From the NCBI GenBank assembly GCA_031424775.1, contig JANPIB010000017.1:3342-67341 (forward strand): a DNA stretch of 64,000 nucleotides, read 5' to 3'. The position numbers were made by a program, and so were the translations under genes. The notes under the pieces were generated by a model. The model did no database searches and was not told the origin of the DNA. It saw nothing but the letters and a program-made list of their open reading frames with translations. The first letter of the stretch is position 1. Each line of letters starts with the position of its first letter. This DNA is from Chitinophagales bacterium. GTDB lineage: Bacteria > Bacteroidota > Bacteroidia > Chitinophagales > Chitinophagaceae. Positions 1 to 10,919 of the stretch are shown here, in pieces.

Positions 1-1431
1 TGGAAATCCACTCAGCCATTTCAGGTTTGCGTATTCAGTTTTAGTAAGTCCGGGAATAAGATAGAGAATAAAAAGCACTGTAAAACAGCCGATCAGCTTT
101 CTTATCAATCCTGGCTTTTGTGTTCTGTCATCATGCGGTAAACGTAAGTACCCAAAAAGGAATAGAGCCAACCCAATACTGATCAGTATCCAGATACCGA
201 TAAATACTTCTCTTTTCAAAAGACCCCAATGCATCACCAGGTCAGCATTTGAAAGAAATTTCAAAGCAAGTCCAAGTTCAAGGAAAGCCAGGAATTTTTT
301 CACCGTATCTAACCACCCACCAGACTTAGGCAATTTCGCCAGCCAATGAGGGAAGATGGCAAACAAAGCAAAAGGAAGAGCTAATGCTAAACCAAATCCG
401 GCGAAGCCGACTGTTACTGGCCAAGGGCCTTGTGTTAATGATCCGACGAGTAAAGTTCCCAGTATAACACCTGTGCAGCTGAAAGAAACGATCACCAGTG
501 TAAGTGCCATGAAAAATATTCCACCTAAACTTCCCAGATTCGCTTTTGAATCAGCTCTGTTGGCTAATCCACCTGGTAATGTGATCTCAAAATATCCAAA
601 GAAAGAAATAGCAAAGACTATAAAAATGGCAAAGAAGAAAACATTCAACGGTGCATTGGTTGAAATGTTATTCAATATCTCAGGTTGCACACCAAATAAG
701 TGAAACGGTAAGCTGGCAAGTATGTAAATAAGGAAAATGAAAAATCCATATAGCACGGCATTCTTCAATCCTTTACCTCTACTTCCTGATCTTTTCGTAA
801 AAAAAGAAACGGTTACCGGTATCATCGGAAACACACAAGGTGTGAGTAAACCGATCAAACCACCAATAAAACCAAGAAAGAAGATCATCCATAAACTTTC
901 GTTCTGAATGCTTGCATCCCCACATGGTGCTAAAGGATGTGCAAGATCAACAGTAGAAAGTAAAATATCATTTTGGGTCTTAATGGTAGCCCCTTCAAAC
1001 TGCAAAACAAAAGGTGCAGTATTAGGTAGAAATTGCTCCCCCTTTCCTAAAGAATACTCAAGGTTACCTGAAATGGAAGGAAGTACCTGACCTGTGAAGT
1101 TGATGATCTGCTTTAGTTGAATTGCACCCGAATAAACAGTTTGCTTACCGAAATTTTGATCATTAATCTGTTGAGATGTGCCAGTATAAACAACGTTTGC
1201 CTTCTCTTTTAGCTTTTCATAATCGAAATTAAAATTCGCAGGATCTAGTCCCTGAGCAGAATCTTTGAAATACAAATACCAACCTTGAGGAATGGTTCCG
1301 TTGGCTGTTACTTCATAGCGATTACTATCCAGTTTTTTTGAACTGAAACTCCAGCTTACAACAACGTCTTGTGCAAAAGAAGAAACGGAGACGGATAAAA
1401 GAACAGTTAATAAGGCTAAAAATCGGTTCAT
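1..1431 (-). CDS. dsbD: DsbD-family thiol:disulfide interchange protein (N-terminal beta domain plus CcdA-type membrane core); the 3' end runs off the window
   Basis: Absent from the ORF track because it is open at the window edge. Manual reverse-strand translation from the ATG (rc of 1429-1431) gives signal peptide MNRFLALLTVLLSVSVSSFAQ. TM helices follow with the LTPCVFPMIP and SFSCTG cysteine motifs. The frame stays open to nt 1. Confidence 0.85.
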   Translation of the reverse strand, partial: MNRFLALLTVLLSVSVSSFAQDVVVSWSFSSKKLDSNRYEVTANGTIPQGWYLYFKDSAQGLDPANFNFDYEKLKEKANVVYTGTSQQINDQNFGKQTVYSGAIQLKQIINFTGQVLPSISGNLEYSLGKGEQFLPNTAPFVLQFEGATIKTQNDILLSTVDLAHPLAPCGDASIQNESLWMIFFLGFIGGLIGLLTPCVFPMIPVTVSFFTKRSGSRGKGLKNAVLYGFFIFLIYILASLPFHLFGVQPEILNNISTNAPLNVFFFAIFIVFAISFFGYFEITLPGGLANRADSKANLGSLGGIFFMALTLVIVSFSCTGVILGTLLVGSLTQGPWPVTVGFAGFGLALALPFALFAIFPHWLAKLPKSGGWLDTVKKFLAFLELGLALKFLSNADLVMHWGLLKREVFIGIWILISIGLALFLFGYLRLPHDDRTQKPGLIRKLIGCFTVLFILYLIPGLTKTEYANLKWLSGFP

Positions 1432-1438
1432 CACTCAG

Positions 1439-1894
1439 CTACGGCAATTTGATCTCAAAAGTTTTAGTTGAAGGAGGTAAGCAACGCTCATCATTACAAA
1501 CCATATACTCTATCGTACCGGTGATGTTTGTTTTGGCAGTGCCTTTCACCTTTACATTTTGGATAAACTCAACCTTGTTGGAAAAATATTTAACGGTAGC
1601 GTCAAAATCTTTGCTGTACTCTGATTGAAGTTTGCCATTTTCTTTTACTGCACCAACTATGGTAACTAAAGGGTTTTTCTTGAAACCAATCTTTGTTGGC
1701 TGACCAGCACCTTTTGGAGATGTCATGGAATAAATATGCCAAGGACTTACAAGTGTAGCAGTAATCACTACATCGTAGCTTTTATCAGCTTTCTTTTTTG
1801 CAGTAAAACTCCAACTCACAGGGTCTTTTACTTCTGCAATTGCCAAAAAACTTCCTGCAACTAAACACAACATCAAAATGAGGATCTTCTTCAT
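1439..1894 (-). CDS. Stand-alone periplasmic DsbD N-terminal-domain-like protein
   Basis: 151 aa with a signal peptide. The opening (VSWSFTAKKK) is paralogous to the N-terminus of the downstream DsbD (VSWSFSSKKL). It ends with EYMVCNDERCLPPS (a Cys-x4-Cys pair). It lies 7 nt upstream of dsbD on the same strand. Confidence 0.7.
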   Translation of the reverse strand: MKKILILMLCLVAGSFLAIAEVKDPVSWSFTAKKKADKSYDVVITATLVSPWHIYSMTSPKGAGQPTKIGFKKNPLVTIVGAVKENGKLQSEYSKDFDATVKYFSNKVEFIQNVKVKGTAKTNITGTIEYMVCNDERCLPPSTKTFEIKLP

Positions 1895-1954
1895 GCTCTT
1901 TATTTTTCTTTGGAACAGCTACTGTAACAACGACTTCGATCTCTGCTCCTTACA

Positions 1955-2614
1955 TTAGTTTAAACCTAATAGTTCAAAAATTTTTTTGCCATCAAGATTT
2001 CCCAAGGCTTTGGATGTTGCTCTTTCAGGGTGAGGCATCATTCCAAATACATTTCCTGCTTTGTTCTTTATGCCGGCAATATTTCTGCAAGCTCCGTTTG
2101 GATTGCAAAACTCATCTGTAACACCTTGGTCACTGCAATAACGAAAGATCACCTGGTTGTTGGCTTCTAATTCATCCAAAACAGAATCATCAGCATAAAA
2201 CCGGCCTTCACCATGAGCAATTGGAATCTTTAGTACGTGCTTTCCATCTGCTGTGATGTTAACATTTTTACAGATGAATTGCTGATTCGAATTCTGTAAC
2301 AAAACGCCAGGTAACAAATGGCTTTCACACAGTATCTGGAAACCGTTACAAACGCCAAGCACTTTTCCTCCCTTGTTTGCAAACTCAATTACACTTTGCA
2401 TCATTGGGCTGAACCTTGCTATTGCTCCACACCTCAAATAATCACCATAGGAAAATCCACCAGGCAAAACAATACAGTCGTCAGTAGATAACATACTAAC
2501 GTCTTTATCCTTATGCCAAAGGGTAACAACTTCTTTGTTTAAGTCATGCTGAATAGCATCAAGCATATCTCGATCACAATTAGAACCTGGAAAAACAACA
2601 ACGCCAAACTTCAT
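1955..2614 (-). CDS. purQ: Phosphoribosylformylglycinamidine synthase subunit PurQ (glutaminase)
   Basis: MKFGVVVFPGSNCDRD start. It has the class I amidotransferase GVCNGFQ nucleophile elbow and a C-terminal HPE motif. Confidence 0.95.
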   Translation of the reverse strand: MKFGVVVFPGSNCDRDMLDAIQHDLNKEVVTLWHKDKDVSMLSTDDCIVLPGGFSYGDYLRCGAIARFSPMMQSVIEFANKGGKVLGVCNGFQILCESHLLPGVLLQNSNQQFICKNVNITADGKHVLKIPIAHGEGRFYADDSVLDELEANNQVIFRYCSDQGVTDEFCNPNGACRNIAGIKNKAGNVFGMMPHPERATSKALGNLDGKKIFELLGLN

Positions 2615-2756
2615 CTGGGTGATTTATAAGGTGTTTGAGAGCCTCAAAGTTAGGTGCTCACACGTTAAGATTAAGTGTATTTTGGAAGGATGCAAGAGGT
2701 ATGAAGTACGACCTAGGGGAATATGAACCAGAAAACATCATTTTGAACCTTGGGAA

Positions 2757-3731
2757 TTAGCCAAACCAATTATTATAGACAGAAACAGCAACTGTTAGCC
2801 AGAATAAGATCAGTGGGAAAACCGTTTTTCTTGGATAGAGAAAAGCATTTGCCACAAATGCAGCTAAAGGAGCAATCCACAGCATCATCGTATTAATACT
2901 TTGCTCGTAATGAACCAACGGAACTGGTAAGAACAAAACAAACACTAGTAACAACACTCCCCAATTCTTCCTTGACTGAATGAGCATTCGGCGATTATTT
3001 CTCTCCCACACAATTATTCCGGCTAAAAAGCTGATTATGAATAAAATCAGCGTGATCAAAAGCTTGTAATCTCTCTCCAGCACCGGCCATCTGAAGCTCC
3101 ATGATGGCAAGTAACGGATGAGATCATCAAACTGATCGGTCATAAAGAGGTAGGCTCCCAGGAAGTAAACTGGTGTGAGAAAGCCCATCAACAACACAAA
3201 TATCTCTGTTAGGTTAAACGGACGAATTACTATTACAGCAAAAAAGACAATCACCAGCACGAGTATTAATGGATGATAGCAAACGATAGCCAACCCTGTG
3301 ATCAATCCAATATTATACAGCAGCGAACGTGGATTTTTATTGTTATACAGTTTGAGGACAAGGCTATATATCCAAATGATAAAAATATTGGCAACTATAG
3401 CCGGAGAAACCGTATGCCATTGCGGCAAAAGCGAGGCAAACATTACGTAAGCCATTCCCGTTAGAAAATTGGCGTGCTGAAACATCCTCAGATCATTCAT
3501 CACATGGTTGAAACGCAATGCCTGCACAAACAGCAACAACATGTAAAGGAGAAAAACGGGTAATCCTTTAAGGTCAGCAAGGAAAATCCGGAAAAAGTAG
3601 GAGATCAGGCCGTCTTTAGCAGTAGACAGCACAACAGGCTGCTCGTAAAAAGAATGAGCATGCAAGCCGAAGGCGACAAGAATAATCCAGATTATGCTTA
3701 CAGGAGATCTTTCTCTGAATAGTACGACCAC
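2757..3731 (-). CDS. Polytopic integral membrane protein of unknown function
   Basis: 324 aa that is hydrophobic throughout (about 9 predicted TM segments). I recognise no catalytic motif. It lies 3 nt downstream of the preceding ORF. Confidence 0.6.
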   Translation of the reverse strand: MVVLFRERSPVSIIWIILVAFGLHAHSFYEQPVVLSTAKDGLISYFFRIFLADLKGLPVFLLYMLLLFVQALRFNHVMNDLRMFQHANFLTGMAYVMFASLLPQWHTVSPAIVANIFIIWIYSLVLKLYNNKNPRSLLYNIGLITGLAIVCYHPLILVLVIVFFAVIVIRPFNLTEIFVLLMGFLTPVYFLGAYLFMTDQFDDLIRYLPSWSFRWPVLERDYKLLITLILFIISFLAGIIVWERNNRRMLIQSRKNWGVLLLVFVLFLPVPLVHYEQSINTMMLWIAPLAAFVANAFLYPRKTVFPLILFWLTVAVSVYNNWFG

Positions 3732-3734
3732 TAA

Positions 3735-5282
3735 TTACAGTTCTACTTTTGCAAAGCAAATGTAGTTTCTGTATTGGCAAGGAAAAATAATTGTTTTCGC
3801 ACCAATCTGCTTTCCATAACGAGGCATAAAGTCGAAGCCTTTGTCAAGGTTACGCAAAGTTGGTCTCCTGGTTATTTGTCCTGAAGGCTCAATACTTTGA
3901 TCAGACAACATCAATGTTCTCTTCTCCTGCAGGTTAAAAAGAAAATGCAGTTCTGAACCAGTGTTGCTCATATTATAACCAAGAAAGTTGTCGCTGGCAT
4001 CATCGTACTGACTTTTTCTTATCACATTGCTCCACTCCATTACACCTTTATCGTTAAAGGAAAGAACCATAACGTTATCGGCATAATACCTTGTTTGTTG
4101 CCCGAAGCTCCTCGTTCTATACCAGGGGTACAGGTATGGATTTGTTCCGATCGGTACAAAATCTCCGGCATAAGGAGAGCCATAAATGTAATCGTACCGG
4201 CTAGCTGGATTTCCACCTCTTGTAGTTGTGTAGATAGATTCTGCTGTGATGATATAACCACCATCCTGCCTCATAACAATGTTCCTGAGGTAGTAATCGT
4301 TAAAGGCAGTTTTGTTAGCATTGTTGTTGCCTTTTGCCTCTGTTCTGAAATCGTCGGCAAATGGAATTTTGCTTTTAGTAACGCCAAGTTTAGATTTCTT
4401 ATCCCAGAGGTAAGAGAACATACCTTCTAAATTGCCCCTCCTGGTTTTGCTGTAAAACGAACTGATTAGAAAACGTCCATTCGTATTATCTGACCTGATC
4501 TTAAGATCATCGAGATAAACATCTTTCAACTCCAGGTCAAATTCGCTCAAAGCTTCAACGTTCAATGGCTTGTATAAAAGCTCAGCCTTATTTATTTCAT
4601 CTTCACCCTGGTTGGCACTACTGGCTCTTATAAATGCTATATCTCCATCATTATCAATAGAAAACTCTGTAAGATAATCGTACCTGTTTGGCATAGGGAC
4701 TGACATACGATGCTTGCTGATGGGCTTCATATCCCTATTAAAAACAGAAGTGGTGAGGAAATGTATCTTTTCGTTTTTTGTGTTGAGTTTAAAGACGCCA
4801 ATCTTGCTTTTATCATCACTATTGATAAGATTGTACACTCTGTTGCTTGCCCAAAAGTTAATATGTGTTGTATCCATTTCAATAGCTTCCCCAACTGCTT
4901 TTCCTTGTGCATCTATTTTCAGAGCCATGCAGTACACAATACTTTTCTTTTGATACTGATAGATCAGATAAGCAAAATCAGGATAGTTGATGAAATCTGA
5001 ATTGATGAGTCTGTCTGGCATTTTCTCAAGCTTTTCTTTCGCAGTCATTTTCATCTGTGGATCGTAAGTAGTGATGTAGTGATCATCACGATAGTCCTTG
5101 TAGATCAGGATGTTTGCTCCTACTTTACCAATCACTTCATAAGCTGAAAGTTGACGACCATCCTCATCCTCAGGATCGGAATAAGTTATTTTTTGGGCCG
5201 TAACATCAAAGGACATCAATACTAAAAATGCAAGGAAGACCTGTCTAAATTGAATTGGCATTAGCATTCGGATTAAAAACAT
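3735..5282 (-). CDS. Secreted hypothetical protein
   Basis: 515 aa long ORF with an N-terminal signal-like segment (FLAFLVLMSFDVTAQ). I recognise no domain. Confidence 0.6.
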   Translation of the reverse strand: MFLIRMLMPIQFRQVFLAFLVLMSFDVTAQKITYSDPEDEDGRQLSAYEVIGKVGANILIYKDYRDDHYITTYDPQMKMTAKEKLEKMPDRLINSDFINYPDFAYLIYQYQKKSIVYCMALKIDAQGKAVGEAIEMDTTHINFWASNRVYNLINSDDKSKIGVFKLNTKNEKIHFLTTSVFNRDMKPISKHRMSVPMPNRYDYLTEFSIDNDGDIAFIRASSANQGEDEINKAELLYKPLNVEALSEFDLELKDVYLDDLKIRSDNTNGRFLISSFYSKTRRGNLEGMFSYLWDKKSKLGVTKSKIPFADDFRTEAKGNNNANKTAFNDYYLRNIVMRQDGGYIITAESIYTTTRGGNPASRYDYIYGSPYAGDFVPIGTNPYLYPWYRTRSFGQQTRYYADNVMVLSFNDKGVMEWSNVIRKSQYDDASDNFLGYNMSNTGSELHFLFNLQEKRTLMLSDQSIEPSGQITRRPTLRNLDKGFDFMPRYGKQIGAKTIIFPCQYRNYICFAKVEL

Positions 5283-5414
5283 TCAAATTTAAGCGTATGT
5301 ATTAATGGCGGACTATAAAATATTGAAAAAAGCTGCATAAGGTTCTGTGAAATTGTTTTGGATTGTTCGCTCTTTTTCGATTTACATTTGTTCCGAATAA
5401 CACAACTATTATTT

Positions 5415-7397
5415 GTGGGCAAGCATCTCGATAAAGTCTCAGCTGCTGGATTATTGATAGCACTAGGAATTATTTATGGCGATATTGGAACCTCTCCACT
5501 CTACGTTTTTAACGCAATAATCAAAAACAGGGAAGTTACTCCTGAATTGATCATTGGCAGTTTATCGTGCATTATCTGGACCCTAACACTCCAAACCACT
5601 TTAAAGTACGTTTGGCTTGTTTTGAGAGCTGATAATAAAGGTGAAGGCGGAACTTTCGCACTCTATGCACTTGTACGGAGAAGAAAAAAATGGCTGGTAA
5701 TTCCGGCTATGATCGGTGGAGCCTCTTTGTTGGCTGATGGAATTATTACTCCACCTATTTCCATCACCTCAGCTATTGAGGGATTAAGGGAACTTCCTGC
5801 ACTAAACGGAATGACAACTCAAACAATTGTGATTATTGTTTTGAGCATTTTAACCCTGTTCTTTCTTGTGCAGCAGTTTGGAACAGCTTCGATCGGTAAA
5901 TTTTTCGGACCTATCATGTTCATCTGGTTCTCTATGTTGGCGATATTGGGTATCGTTCACCTTTCAGATGACTTCAGTATTTTCAAAGCCCTCAATCCTT
6001 ATTACGCCATCAATTTCCTGGTAAATTATCCGGAGGGTTTCTGGCTTTTAGGTGCCGTTTTCCTCTGTACTACAGGTGCAGAAGCACTATACTCAGATCT
6101 TGGTCACTGCGGAAGAGCCAATATAAGAAGGTCATGGATATTTGTTAAGACCTGTCTTTTGCTCAATTATTTTGGTCAGGGAGCTTACCTGCTCTCGCAT
6201 CGTGTTGGTCTTACCATAAATGAGGCTACCAAAACCAAAATGGGTGTTAATGCTTTTTACGACCTCATGCCTGAATGGTTTATCCTGGCTGGAGTTGTAA
6301 TTGCAACAACAGCAGCCATTATTGCCAGCCAAGCCATGGTTTCTGGTTCTTTTACTTTGATAGCAGAAGCATTGCGGTTGAACTTATGGCCAAAACTCAA
6401 AGTGCATTATCCTAGTGAGGAAAAAGGCCAGACATTCATTCCTTCTATCAACTTCCTGATGTATATCGGATGTGTGATTGTAGTCCTTTACTTCCAGGAA
6501 TCATCGAACATGGAAGCTGCTTATGGGTTAGCGATCATAGTTACCATGATTATGACCACCATCCTCTTTTCGAATTACATGGTAAGCAGGAGAATAAAAT
6601 CTGTATGGATATATGTTTTTCTTGCTGTTTATGTTGTGGTCGAGGCAGCTTTTCTTGTTGCAAACATTGAGAAATTCCCACACGGTGGTTTTGCAACGTT
6701 CATTGTTGGAGGTTTGATGTTCATCATAATGTATGTATGGTACAGAAGCCGTAAGATCAAGAATCGTTACGTGGAATTTGTGCGGCTGGAACATTATATC
6801 CCACAGATACAGGAACTCAGCAACGACAAAACTGTACCTAAATATGCCACTCACCTGGTGTATATGACAAGTGCAAATAACCCGAAAGAGATTGAACATA
6901 AGATCATCCACTCCATCCTGAGTAAAAAACCAAAGAGAGCTGACATATATTGGTTTGTGCATGTGGATGTTCTAGATGATCCGTATACCCAGGAATATGT
7001 GGTGGATCATATTATTCCAAACGACATCATCCGTGTGGAATTCAGGTTAGGATTCAGAGTAGAGCATCGTATCAACCTGATGTTCCGGAAAGTGGTGCAG
7101 GATCTTGTGGCTAATAAAGAAGTGAACATTATCAGCCGATATGAAAGCCAGGAAAAGAACAATGTGGCTGGAGATTTCCAATTCGTAGTGATGGAAAAAT
7201 ACCTGAGCCAGGATAACGAGCTGCCTTTCCTGGAAAGGGTAATTATGAAACTGTACTTCTGGCTTAAAGATGTTAGTTTGAGTGAAGAACGAGGCTTTGG
7301 TCTTGACCCAAGCACAGTAACAATTGAGAAATTCCCTTTGATCGTTGCACCAGTTTCAGACCTGACTATGAAACGAATATATTACGATAACGACTAA
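5415..7397 (+). CDS. kup: KUP-family potassium uptake transporter
   Basis: GDIGTSPLYV signature, a polytopic N-terminal half and a cytoplasmic C-terminal half. The track ORF starts at a TTG at 5358. The in-frame GTG at 5415 gives the usual N-terminus, so the start is uncertain. Confidence 0.9.
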   Translation: MGKHLDKVSAAGLLIALGIIYGDIGTSPLYVFNAIIKNREVTPELIIGSLSCIIWTLTLQTTLKYVWLVLRADNKGEGGTFALYALVRRRKKWLVIPAMIGGASLLADGIITPPISITSAIEGLRELPALNGMTTQTIVIIVLSILTLFFLVQQFGTASIGKFFGPIMFIWFSMLAILGIVHLSDDFSIFKALNPYYAINFLVNYPEGFWLLGAVFLCTTGAEALYSDLGHCGRANIRRSWIFVKTCLLLNYFGQGAYLLSHRVGLTINEATKTKMGVNAFYDLMPEWFILAGVVIATTAAIIASQAMVSGSFTLIAEALRLNLWPKLKVHYPSEEKGQTFIPSINFLMYIGCVIVVLYFQESSNMEAAYGLAIIVTMIMTTILFSNYMVSRRIKSVWIYVFLAVYVVVEAAFLVANIEKFPHGGFATFIVGGLMFIIMYVWYRSRKIKNRYVEFVRLEHYIPQIQELSNDKTVPKYATHLVYMTSANNPKEIEHKIIHSILSKKPKRADIYWFVHVDVLDDPYTQEYVVDHIIPNDIIRVEFRLGFRVEHRINLMFRKVVQDLVANKEVNIISRYESQEKNNVAGDFQFVVMEKYLSQDNELPFLERVIMKLYFWLKDVSLSEERGFGLDPSTVTIEKFPLIVAPVSDLTMKRIYYDND

Positions 7398-7401
7398 GCA
7401 A

Positions 7402-7429
7402 AAAGGCTGCTCATTTCTGAACAGCCTTT
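7402..7429. terminator. Bidirectional hairpin between convergent kup and sucD
   Basis: AAAGGCTG (7402-7409) pairs with CAGCCTTT (7422-7429), a perfect 8-bp stem with A/T-rich flanks. Confidence 0.6.
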
Positions 7430-7448
7430 GTTATTTTCTTACAACAAT

Positions 7449-8321
7449 TTATTTCTTCAACGCTTCAGCCATTGTTCTTCCAATATCGGCTGGACTGTCA
7501 ACCACACTAATTCCACACTCTTCCATGATCTTCATTTTAGCTGCAGCTGTGTCATCAGCACCACCAATAATAGCTCCGGCATGACCCATTCTACGACCTG
7601 GAGGAGCAGTTTGTCCGGCAATAAAACCAACCACAGGCTTCGTAGAGTTGTCTTTGATCCATCTTGCAGCTTCAGCTTCCATTCCACCACCAATTTCTCC
7701 GATCATTACAATTCCTTCAGTTTCAGGATCGTTCATAAACAGTTCAACCGCTTCTTTGGTTGTTGTTCCAATGATGGGATCACCACCAATACCAATAGCT
7801 GTTGAAATACCCATTCCAGCTTTAACTACCTGGTCAGCAGCTTCGTAAGTCAAGGTTCCGCTTTTTGAAACGATGCCGATCTTTCCTTTTTTAAATATAA
7901 AGCCTGGCATGATGCCCACTTTAGCTTCGTCAGCAGTAATAACTCCAGGACAATTTGGTCCGATCAGTCTTGTACTCTTTCCCTGGAGATAATTTTTCAC
8001 TTTCACCATGTCCTGAACCGGAATGCCTTCGGTAATACAAACTACCAGTGCAATTCCTGCATCAGCAGCTTCCATTATAGCATCTGCTGCAAAAGCAGGC
8101 GGAACGAAGATGATACTTACGTCAGCAGAAGTTTGCTTTACAGCCTCAGCTACAGTATTGAAGATCGGCTTATCGAGGTGATTTCCACCACCTTTTCCCG
8201 GAGTAACACCACCAACAACATTGGTTCCGTATTCGATCATCTGGGTAGCATGGAAAGTACCTTCCGTACCCGTAAAGCCCTGAACAATGATCTTAGAATT
8301 CTTATTTACCAGAACTGACAT
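7449..8321 (-). CDS. sucD: Succinate--CoA ligase subunit alpha
   Basis: [25 protein letters not shown]-terminus and the MGHAGAII phosphohistidine loop. The start is moved to the internal ATG at 8321, the usual SucD N-terminus. Confidence 0.95.
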   Translation of the reverse strand: MSVLVNKNSKIIVQGFTGTEGTFHATQMIEYGTNVVGGVTPGKGGGNHLDKPIFNTVAEAVKQTSADVSIIFVPPAFAADAIMEAADAGIALVVCITEGIPVQDMVKVKNYLQGKSTRLIGPNCPGVITADEAKVGIMPGFIFKKGKIGIVSKSGTLTYEAADQVVKAGMGISTAIGIGGDPIIGTTTKEAVELFMNDPETEGIVMIGEIGGGMEAEAARWIKDNSTKPVVGFIAGQTAPPGRRMGHAGAIIGGADDTAAAKMKIMEECGISVVDSPADIGRTMAEALKK

Positions 8322-8416
8322 AAGCGTAGTTTGTTTGAATGGCGGCAAAACTAAGGAAATCAGACTGGAGAATTTGGGATTTTTAGATACCAGCTTCAGG
8401 ATTCATGGCATCTTCT

Positions 8417-8443
8417 GTTGCGTCGCAATCACTTCATCGTTCC
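8417..8443 (-). repeat. Intergenic motif family, copy 1 (core TTGCGACGCAA)
   Basis: The rc reads GGAACGATGAAGTGATTGCGACGCAAC. It is about 100 nt upstream of sucD in the sense orientation. Confidence 0.5.
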
Positions 8444-8458
8444 GATATTTGTTGAGCT

Positions 8459-8968
8459 ATGACAGTACAACTGGTTAGAGGCGACATCACCAAAATGGAA
8501 GTAGATGCAATTGTTAATGCTGCCAATTCATCTTTATTGGGTGGTGGTGGAGTTGACGGAGCAATCCACAGAGCCGGAGGTCCGAAAATTTTGGAAGAAT
8601 GCAGAGCTATTGTAGCCAGGCAAGGACAATGCAAAACCGGGGAAGCTGTTATCACTTCAGGAGGAAATTTGCCAGCCAAGTTTGTAATCCATACTGTTGG
8701 ACCTGTATGGAACGGAAAACCAAAAGAAGATGAACTTCTTGCCAACGCTTACATCAGTTCGCTGAAGCTTGCAATGGAGCATGGTATAAAGACGATTGCT
8801 TTTCCGAATATCAGTACGGGTGTTTATCGTTTCCCAAAGAGCAAAGCAGCAGAAATAGCCCTTGACTCCGTTTTGGATTTTCCATTACTCGGTTCAAAGC
8901 TAGATAAGGTGGTATTTGTATGTTTTGATGAAGAAAACTTCAACATATATAATGAAATGCTGAAGTAA
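8459..8968 (+). CDS. Macro-domain protein (O-acetyl-ADP-ribose deacetylase / ADP-ribose binding, YmdB-like)
   Basis: [34 protein letters not shown] is the canonical macro-domain motif. Confidence 0.9.
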   Translation: MTVQLVRGDITKMEVDAIVNAANSSLLGGGGVDGAIHRAGGPKILEECRAIVARQGQCKTGEAVITSGGNLPAKFVIHTVGPVWNGKPKEDELLANAYISSLKLAMEHGIKTIAFPNISTGVYRFPKSKAAEIALDSVLDFPLLGSKLDKVVFVCFDEENFNIYNEMLK

Positions 8969-9025
8969 GTTTGAATTTACAAACAGCAGTCACGAACGAT
9001 TATCTTTGCTGCCCTTCGTTCCTAT

Positions 9026-9054
9026 CGTACAAGTGAGTGACACAAGGAACGATG
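9026..9054 (+). repeat. Intergenic motif family, copy 2 (core GTGACACAA)
   Basis: CGTACAAGTGAGTGACACAAGGAACGATG, about 50 nt upstream of aspS. It is flanked by the inverted repeat TCGTTCC (9016-9022) / GGAACGA (9046-9052). Confidence 0.5.
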
Positions 9055-9092
9055 CCATAAGCACGAAAGCTTGCCCCATAAAAAAATAAACC

Positions 9093-10919
9093 ATGTTCAG
9101 AACCAGGACCTGTGGCGAATTAAGAATTGCCAACGTTAATGAGGAAATTACACTTGCCGGATGGGTGCAAACCGTTAGAAAATTTGGGGCCATCACTTTT
9201 GTTGACCTGAGAGACCGCTACGGAATTACCCAGCTTTTGTTTGGAGAAGAATTGAACTCGGTTTTGGATGAAAATCCTTTGGGAAGAGAGTTTGTGCTAC
9301 AGGCTACAGGAAAAGTTGCTGAAAGAAGCAATAAGAACCCAAACATACCTACTGGTGATATCGAGATCAATATTTCTTCGTTCAAGGTGCTCAACAAATC
9401 AGTTACCCCACCTTTTACGATCCAGGATGAGACGGATGGTGGTGATGACCTGAGGATGAAGTACCGTTTTCTTGACCTTCGCAGAAATGCAGTAAAGAAA
9501 AATCTTGAGCTGCGTTATTCAGTGAACAGGGCAGCAAGAAATTACCTGCACGAGCAAGGTTTTATGGATATTGAAACGCCTTTCCTTATAAAATCTACCC
9601 CTGAAGGTGCAAGAGATTTTGTAGTGCCTTCCAGAATGAATCCGGGACAATTTTATGCATTGCCCCAATCTCCACAAACGTTCAAGCAATTGCTGATGGT
9701 GAGTGGATACGATCGTTACTACCAGATTGTAAAATGTTTTAGAGATGAAGATCTGAGAGCTGACCGTCAGCCTGAGTTTACACAGATAGACTGTGAGATG
9801 GCTTTTGTAGAGCAGGAAGATATTCTGAATATGTTCGAAGGCATGGTGAAGTCGATCTTTAAAGAAGTGAAAGGGATTGACTACACTGATAAAGTTGAGA
9901 GAACCACTTGGGAAGAGGCGATGTGGACTTATGGTAATGACAAGCCAGACATTCGTTTTGAAATGAAGCTGGCTAATTTGAAGTTTCCGGCTCATACTTT
10001 CCCGACAAAGGAGAGCAAAGAGAATTTGATCGGTGGAGTTGACTTCAAAGTATTTGACGAAGCTGAAACCGTAATTGCTGTTGCAGTTCCCGGTGCTGCT
10101 GAGTATAGCAGAAAGCAAACTGATGAGCTAACGGAGTGGGTTAAACGTCCACAGATCGGCATGAAAGGTTTGGTGTCTATTAAGTGTAATGCTGATGGAA
10201 CTTACAAAAGCAGCGTAGATAAATTCTATAGCGAAGAAAAGCTGAAAGCCATTGCTGAATATACAAATGCAAAACCTGGTGATCTTATATTGATCGTAGC
10301 AGGTGCAGAAGAAAGAACAAGAAAAGCAGCCAGCGATCTTAGGATGGAAATGGCAGAAAGACTTGGGCTGAGAAAAAAAGATGAGTTTAAGCTGTTGTGG
10401 GTATTAGATTTTCCTTTGTTTGAATATGATGAAGAAGGAAATCGTTGGGTAGCCAGGCATCATCCGTTCACTTCACCAAAGCCTGATCAGATAGAGACGA
10501 TGATCAACAACAATCCTTCTATCGAAAATGCTGCTGAGTATTTAAAACATCCTTATGCCAACATCAAAGCAAATGCTTATGATATGGTGCTGAATGGTAA
10601 TGAAATTGGTGGTGGATCGATACGTATCTATCAAAGAGAATTGCAGGAAAAAATGTTTGCCGCTCTGGGTATGGATGAAGATGAACAGAAACACAAGTTC
10701 GGTTTCTTATTAGGAGCTTTTGAATATGGGGCACCTCCACATGGTGGAATTGCATTCGGTTTCGACAGGCTTTGTTCCATTCTTGGTGGAAGTGAAAGTA
10801 TTCGTGACTTTATTGCTTTCCCTAAAAACAATTCAGGAAGAGATGTGATGTTGGATGCTCCATCAGCAATCGATGATAAACAGTTTGATGAGTTGCAGAT
10901 AAAGCTTGATCTGAAATGA
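9093..10919 (+). CDS. aspS: Aspartate--tRNA ligase
   Basis: 608 aa with an N-terminal OB fold ([12 protein letters not shown]) and class II motifs ([37 protein letters not shown]). Confidence 0.97.
   Translation: MFRTRTCGELRIANVNEEITLAGWVQTVRKFGAITFVDLRDRYGITQLLFGEELNSVLDENPLGREFVLQATGKVAERSNKNPNIPTGDIEINISSFKVLNKSVTPPFTIQDETDGGDDLRMKYRFLDLRRNAVKKNLELRYSVNRAARNYLHEQGFMDIETPFLIKSTPEGARDFVVPSRMNPGQFYALPQSPQTFKQLLMVSGYDRYYQIVKCFRDEDLRADRQPEFTQIDCEMAFVEQEDILNMFEGMVKSIFKEVKGIDYTDKVERTTWEEAMWTYGNDKPDIRFEMKLANLKFPAHTFPTKESKENLIGGVDFKVFDEAETVIAVAVPGAAEYSRKQTDELTEWVKRPQIGMKGLVSIKCNADGTYKSSVDKFYSEEKLKAIAEYTNAKPGDLILIVAGAEERTRKAASDLRMEMAERLGLRKKDEFKLLWVLDFPLFEYDEEGNRWVARHHPFTSPKPDQIETMINNNPSIENAAEYLKHPYANIKANAYDMVLNGNEIGGGSIRIYQRELQEKMFAALGMDEDEQKHKFGFLLGAFEYGAPPHGGIAFGFDRLCSILGGSESIRDFIAFPKNNSGRDVMLDAPSAIDDKQFDELQIKLDLK

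Noticed and set aside
356-1090. Plus-strand ORFs 356-703 and 908-1090
   Set aside because: They lie antisense inside the much longer, motif-bearing dsbD reading frame (1-1431, minus strand) and have low-complexity, biased composition.
9519-10118. 199-aa minus-strand ORF, and similar long antisense ORFs (6528-6962, 8434-8745, 23944-24360, 25058-25447, 26560-26988)
   Set aside because: All lie fully inside confidently identified genes on the other strand (aspS, kup, the macro-domain gene, bshA, the envC-like gene, DUF4292/dut). None has a recognisable motif.
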